Shown here in pieces: positions 56,799 to 64,000 of a stretch of 64,000 nt of DNA; the stretch's first letter is position 1, and the number at the start of each line of letters is the position of its first letter. The translations under genes and the position numbers were made by a program. The notes below the pieces were generated by a model. That model did no database searches, had not been told where the DNA came from, and saw only the letters and a list, made by a program, of their open reading frames with translations. The stretch is from Eledone cirrhosa (Eukaryota): contig OZ024755.1 of NCBI GenBank assembly GCA_964016885.1, forward strand, positions 9,114,001-9,178,000. The letters are read 5' to 3'.

Positions 56799-59700
56799 AT
56801 ATATAAGTGTGTCAACGACTCGTCTGTTCTGTCTTGTTTTATCATTAATAAACTACTTTTCCTGTCAAAATTAAATGAAAATCTTTTCCATCCGAATGGA
56901 AAATATTTTATAAACGTATCTATATATAGTTGTAACCATAAAAACGTTCGACATTTGAATATCGTCGAAGCCAACTTTGACTTTCGCCTTCCTGGGTCTG
57001 ATACAATGCAGTACCAGTCAATTACTGGCATCGATTTAATCCACTTTCCATCTTTCTCTAAACTGCTTTCCTTTTTACATTAGAGACTCTTATTTTCTTT
57101 TATACATGTTCAGTCATGCGAGAACTATGCTGAAACCGATTTCAATCTTGTCGTATCAAAAGTAGCCGTGTAGCTATGCATTCATCTATCAATCCATGAG
57201 TACTTTAAACATTTAAACCTAATGTATCCCATCCCTCTCCATGTCTGAGCACATCCAATTACCTCCTTTGTGTCTGTGTCTGTGGTTATGTCCCGCAACT
57301 GAACGGTTCGATACAATTGAAATCGATAAAACAAGTACTAGATTTGAAACAATAAGTACTGGGATCGATATGAACGACTGAATCAAGACGAGGCCCTAGC
57401 ATGGCCGTAGTCTAATCACTGAAACCAAGAAAAGAAAAGAAAATATGATAAAAAACGTTTCCTAAACTGGAGATGGTGGGACTGACATTACATCATCTAC
57501 TGAATAACAAAAATCTGGATTCAATATATAAATATTTTCTTTGAGGACCAGTGTAAAAATTAATCATACACACATACGCACAAACTCACACAAACATTCA
57601 CGCAGTAACCTAGTGTAAAAAATACATGCAGACATATATACACACGTACGCATGCACCCACACGCTGTATGTATGTATTATGCTTTGTTATTTTATTTTG
57701 ATAATTTGTCTCCTTAATTGTTACCTCCGTTTTAAAACCACAACTGTAAGAGTACACGCCGGGATTAGCCTAATTTTGTCAGTCTAACCCACACTAATGT
57801 ATTTGCCCCTACGGTGTCTGCTTGTTGGAAACTTCCATCTCTATTATCATTGTTGAATTTCCACATTTTTTTCATTATTCCTTCAAAACCCTCATCGCTT
57901 CACTCTTACACGCATGCCCACAGATGGAAATTCATGCAAGTAAACACACATACACTTAATGCTTATACGATAGTTTGTAAGAGTGTATTTATATGTATTT
58001 GCGTGTTTAAGTATCTAAAATTACTATAAAACTATCATTTAAATAGAAATTATCTTTATTATTGTACATACAAAAATTAGCACCCTTACTTGAACTGTTT
58101 TTCAATGAGTTATTAAATGTGTTATTAACTATTATTATAAATATCTAAATTAATTTGGAAACGTTTGTAAAGTTAATCTTTTATTACAGCTACTCACTGG
58201 TGCATTCTTAGTCTCATGCCGTGCGATGTTGAGCTTTAACAAATGTATATGTAATTATATTATGGCTATTGGTATCAGTAGTATGGTGAAGCATGTTTCT
58301 TAATTAAATTGGCGTCACTCAACACATTTTATCTTTTTCTTTTACTTCATAATGTTATTCTTTCAAAGTACAAATTGCCGTTTTCAGATTTCTATTTTTT
58401 CACCCGCCATTTTCTTTTTTCTTTATTTTAAGTTTGCTGTAATGCTAAAGGAAAAAAATATTCTGAAATATATTGCAACAGCTCTTCTGCATCTACATTT
58501 ATCATCTTGTTAAATGTTGTATTGGCACTTCACCTCCTAGTTTTCTTTTTGTGTCTTACACTCTCTATTCGCTTTATTTTGTAGCTATTTAGTTTTGTTT
58601 TTCATTCTCATTCTTTCTCCATCCATTTCCAATCTTTTTGTTTCTCTCTGTGTTTGAAAGTTTGAAAGTCGATAGTTTCTTGAAATTAAGAGACCTTTGG
58701 AGTGGTTTGATAAATTCTAAGTTAGCATTAGAATCATTTTAACATTTTGATTCACCTTACTTCCAAGGTAGCCACATGGATACCTCACACAGTGAAGTAA
58801 AGCTGAATAAGCGAAATGTGTTTTTATATTTATACGACACTATAAATATATCAAATCCAGATTACTACAAATTTTTTTATTTTCATTTCAATTACTGGCA
58901 GGCTGTGAAAATAAAATATTGGCGAGAGAAAATGAAATATTGATGGTAAAATATAATTCAAACCATATATTCTTAATAGTTATGGATAATAAAGGTCATT
59001 TTCTAGGTATGGATAATTTTATACTCGTCATATGGTCATTTTTATACTTGTTTTATTATTTTATCTAGATCCAGCGTCGTCTATAAACAAAATGAATAAT
59101 AATAGGTTTATACATAAAGTCAACGTTGAATCTTATTGCCTCAAGTTGATAATATGATAACTAGGATATAACATTTAATAATCTTCTGTTAAGATGGCGA
59201 ATTGGCGTTAAGAAGTCATAAGGGTGTCAGGTTAATAATATCTGTGGGCTCACTGTGCTCTAAGTTCAAATCCCATCAATTTCCACTACACTATTCATTC
59301 TTTCGAGATCGATAAAGGAAGTAACACTTCAGTACTGGAGTCGATTCTTCCTCTATCTTGCTCTTCCCTTCCTTGGAAGAAATCAACTGTGTTCTGATTT
59401 GGTTTGAAATACCCAAGTCGGGTATCAGGACGTCCTCTGTAGACTCCATCAGCAGTTAAGAGACTTCACTCATGTTACATTTTAATCTATTGTGATATTT
59501 ATCTTACTCAGTATTTTAATCCATATTCCTTTGATTGTCTTAATTGGAATGTTTAATAGAACAATTAATTAAACAATCAATATACAAAGCAAACTCTAAT
59601 CATTTGATTACAAAAGATTGTCGGTAAATACCTAACTAATTACAAGAACAGCCGGAAAGTACAGAATATATTAATCGTTGATATTAATTGGAAGTTTGTT

Positions 59701-61460
59701 TGTGTTTATCTTTTGTTCATTAGAAGTTCTGGGATCGATTTAATCGACTCCCCCCCCCCCCCCACTCCACACAAAAATGTTGGCCGTGTGCTTAAATTAG
59801 AAACCATATTTAAAATCAGAAACCATTATTATTTTTATTAATTGTTGTGTTTGTCGTGGATGTACGTGCTTCTTCTCGTTTCGAAGAATTAGGATTTTTA
59901 CTAAAGTGCAGCAGAAGAAAGAAGAAATTTCGTTTGAAAAATGTTTTCTTCAAAGAATTTTTCTGGAGCACTCTGGCCATTTTCCCGCACCAGAAAGATG
60001 TAATGCCTGTCAGTTTGGGACATTTTTTTTTTGTTTCATTTACAATTTTTTTTTCCTTGCATTCAACGTAAAATGGCTTCTTGCCAGAAAAAACAACGCC
60101 CAGCAAAAAAAAAAAAAAAAATCAATTGAATGCAACAGCACAAAACATAAATATAAAAGAAACAAATATAAGAATTTCAATTACACAGCAGGAAGTAAGC
60201 AGCCAACACGGAAAATAATAACAGTGGAATTAATTCGAACAATTCCAAGGTTAACTAAGACATATAGAAAAATCAATGCACACACGTATGCACACTTTTT
60301 GCCATATGAAGAAAAGAGTGAAACTATATCAGTTTTTCCTTTACGAAACCCGCCAGTGCCAAAGAGATAAACCACCTGGACGAAAAGAGTTTCCTTGGCA
60401 AAGTTTTCTGAAAATGAAGGTCGCATCTTTGCCAGATCTTTTCATCCAAGATTGAGAAATAAAAGCGGTCAGGTATGTTTGCATTACCAAGAGGGAAGCC
60501 TGTTTCTGTATGATACCAAGAGAGCATTTTGAGGTAGCCACAATTGATATTGGAAGGTACATCACTTTTATCAATCGCTATTGGCTTAACGAGACCTTAT
60601 ATCTAGTTTAAAATCGATCGAAGATGGATCGAAGATGGATCGAAGAAGCAAGCTGAATTTTAGGGTCATGCCCCTACTCATACACGAGTGCCGCAGTGTG
60701 TTGATCGATATTTTACAAATATCACTGTTTTATCTTTGTTGATTCCTCCTTCCCTCGATATTTCTAGTTTTTCGTCCTTGTATCGTCCATAATACTGTGT
60801 GCCTTGTAGGCGTTCTATCTTTTGAACTCTGTGTGATGTTCTGAACAGTAATATGGTGTCTATGTTTTTGTTCATATTGTTTTATTATAATTAGTGCTCC
60901 AAGGAAAGAAAACATAGATCGTTCGTTCAATTTCGAACCGTTTTTGTTTTTATATTTGAAAAGAGGGTCTGAGCTCTGAAATATTATGTTGAAATATACT
61001 GAGTAAAAATAACATTACTTTGTTTAGTTTATTTGTCATCCCTTTATATATATTTACCGCATTGTAACGGCTTTCTGAAACTTATAAATCGTTATTAGAA
61101 TTACAGAATCGTTAAAACATCGGATAAAATGCTATGCAGCATTTTTACATTTTGTGCCTTTTATCTTTCCGAGTTCGATAAAAAAAAAAAAACAGCAGCA
61201 GTCAAATACTGGGGTCGATTTAATCGACTTTTTCATCGCCACAAATTGCAGGCCTTGTGCCAAGATTAGAAATCATTATTATTAGCATTACTTTCACACC
61301 TCTAAATCTTACTTGTAAGATATATATATTTTTTTATTCTCTTCTGATCCATTGTGCGTCTTTTAAATCATTATTATGCTGAATAATGTTGCGTTATACA
61401 ACCTCGTTCTATGCCTGAAATTCCCTTGATGCCGGTTATTTTATAAAGTGTTTTGGTCCG

Positions 61461-61571
61461 TTGATTGATCTGTGATTGCACTGGGGGAGGGGAGAAGAGA
61501 TAGATAGATCGATCTATACACACATCTATCTCTCTTCCTCTCCTCTAAGTATGTTCACAGATCAACCAATC
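61461..61571. other. ~110-nt imperfect hairpin
   Basis: TTGATTGATCTGTGA pairs with TCACAGATCAACCAA; GGAGAAGAGATAGAT pairs with ATCTATCTCTCTTCC. Confidence 0.55.
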
Positions 61572-62414
61572 GAATCCCTTCATCTTTGTTGTGGATTACT
61601 GGATTATTTGAATTTCAATCACATAGGAGAACTGTAGAGCATAGCTTTTATCTAGATTCACTTGCCAGAGTTCCAGAAAAATCGAATGCGGAATCAACAA
61701 TGCTCCTACGCACGCATTAGTGAGCGTATCAAAGGAAATCATGGCTGGTCAACCTTTAGAAAATGTGCAAACATTTTAATTTTGGTTAGGTTATGTTTTC
61801 TGTTAACGTTCCTGAAAATTCTTTGGGAAATCAATTCAAATCCTTTGTAGCCCTGAAAGAAGCGATCACGTATGTCGAAACCTAGTACGATGCGTGCTAT
61901 TAATGGTATGGTTTGTTTCAAGTTTTCATTTGCTTTCTAAGTGTTTTCTTTTTATTGATATATATTTCTTGTTTTATTAGTATTTTTATAATAGGTCTCC
62001 ATTTCCATTTCGCTAAATAAAGATCGAACTATTCTTGTTTTTCCAATACTATGTAGTATGTACAAGGATGCTTTATGTTTTGCAAAGTCTCTACACCGCA
62101 TATTAATTGTATAATAGTTGAATATAATCTGGAGAAAATACACTCATGATGCGAAAAAGTGGATAGATTCGTCAGCACGTCTTTCCCACATACGGCCGAA
62201 ATGTGATTCATTTTCCATAGGCGATTTTGTCGACTTTTTCTGTTTCAAGGAATTATATCTCCGATTTACGTCAACTATTATATAGTGAATATGTATTGTA
62301 GTAACATCTCCAAAAAACAAAACATACTCTCTTAAATTTCAATCTCACTTAACACTGTTTAAGCCTTTCGTTGTTTACATATACGTCGTATATTTTGTTT
62401 CCATATTTTAGAAG

Positions 62415-62585
62415 CGTTGAAGGGTTGATTAAGGAGCATGTTACTGGATTAGGATAAAGAGGTGTTGAAGAGTTGATTAAGGAGGGTGTGGTTATATTGG
62501 AATAAAGAGGAGTGGAAGAGTTGATTTGAGGAGGGTCTGATTCTATCAGGATAAAGAGATGTGAAAGTTTTGATTGAGGAGAGGG
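62415..62585. repeat. Diverged ~45-48-bp tandem repeat
   Basis: Recurring GAAGAGTTGATTAAGGAG...GATAAAGAGG. Confidence 0.65.
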
Positions 62586-63144
62586 CAACTCTACTACAAT
62601 GAAACCCTTTTTTCGTACAATACTGTCTAGATTATATCATTTAGTCTGCTGATATACTTATACTTTGTTTCTCTGAACAGAATTTCTTACACACAAATCT
62701 TTCCTTCGCAGAGATGCTTGTTCGTTCTTAGCATGATTTACCAGTGATGTAAATATTCTCTTCTTCTAGTGGTAAATTGGCAAAGGCGATAGAGCTTCGG
62801 GTTAAATGCCTTAATATTTATTTCTGACACCTGAGTTCAAATTTCAGGAGCAATAAATAAAGTACTAGTCCATGGTGAACTGGAGGAGTTGTTAAAGAGT
62901 CGGATACGATACTTTGCAGTATCTTTCCATTTTTGTACGTTATTAGTTGAAATCCCTCCTCCTTCTACAAGGAATTCCGACAGACATATGGAAAGAAAGA
63001 GAGAGATGGAGAAAGAAAGAGAAAGAGAGAAATAGATAGATAGATAGATAGAAGAGTGAAAAAGGAGAGAGTGTGAAAGGAAGGGAGAGAGAAAGGGAGG
63101 GATAGAGAGAGAGAGAAAGAGAGAGAAAGGGAGAAAGAGAGAGG

Positions 63145-63305
63145 TGATCGCAGTACTGGATTAATACTGCATTTATTGAACTCGAAAGGATGAACAGCAA
63201 AGGTAAAGTTGAGCACAACGGGATTTGAACTCAGAGTGCAGAAACCGGGACGAATACTGCAAAACATTCTATACGACGTTCTAACGACTTCACCAATTTA
63301 CCGCC
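63145..63305 (-). mobile_element. Family A-related SINE, older copy
   Basis: Reverse complement contains CTGAGTTCAAATCCCG...ACTTTACCTTTGCTGTTCATCCTTTCGAGTTCAATAAA. Confidence 0.6.
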
Positions 63306-63647
63306 CATACAAGCAATATGGACAATATAATAACTATCAGTTGTACTTACCGGGAACGTTTCGTTTCGTTTCCTTTTGTTTGTATTCGAAAGTTCAATCC
63401 ACTCTGTTTTGTTAGTACCACATGCTCACCTTATTTATGCACATGTTGTATATTATTACAACTATAATACATCAAATATGTGTCAGTTATACTTACTGGG
63501 GTCGTTATGACATCACTTTCCTCATTTTTCTTTTTCCGGTTAATTTTAGCTTTGCTTTTCGTGATATTATAGGATATATTTCAGATTTTATACAAAGCTA
63601 TATTTCCATAGGTCTGTTGTTATGTAACCTGGACCGGATGTATTTGT

Positions 63648-63703
<56 letters not shown>

Positions 63704-63711
63704 TTATTATT

Positions 63712-63899
63712 ATGGTGGATTGGCAGTATCGGTAGAGGGTCGGACGCCATGCTTTGACGCATAGAGTCACGGCCCTTTCCAATCTGAGTTCAAATCCCGC
63801 TGAGGTTAACTTTGCCTTTCATCCTTACGGGGTCGATAAAATAAAGTACCAGTAATACACTGGGTATTTGCTGGCCTTGTGCCAAAAGTAGAAACAATT
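63712..63899 (+). mobile_element. Family A SINE with (ATT)n tail
   Basis: Near-identical to the 12557, 19172 and 42714 copies. Confidence 0.85.
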
Positions 63900-64000
63900 A
63901 TTATTATTATTATTAATATTATTATTGCATTGGCTGAAATGTTAGAGCATCGAGCAAATGTTTACAGTATCTATTCCGGCTCTTTATGTCTTTATTTCAA

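Overview
AT-rich, microsatellite-saturated animal DNA; the SINE families and (TA)n/(CA)n/(GA)n load suggest an octopus/cephalopod, which is an inference. The only credible host gene is a 4.2-kb coding exon (2863-7088, +) of a secreted or membrane EGFR/ErbB-ligand (neuregulin/vein-like) precursor. It has an N-terminal hydrophobic segment, long low-complexity tracts, an RHKR furin site and the first four cysteines of an EGF module, cut by the diagnostic intron after Cys4. The remaining ~57 kb looks like intron, with tRNA-derived SINEs, RTE and CRE LINE fragments and minisatellites. The main discovery is a set of short, unrelated inserts inside (TA)n arrays that carry minimal type I hammerhead ribozymes with palindromic helix III, the architecture known from Penelope-like elements. 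They include three apparently intact motifs, two U3-A8 core covariants, several decayed copies, and a multi-copy family of fold-back palindromes built from the 3' half of a hammerhead. All ribozyme folds were made by eye and none has been tested. Nearly all short ORFs in the track are microsatellite artefacts.
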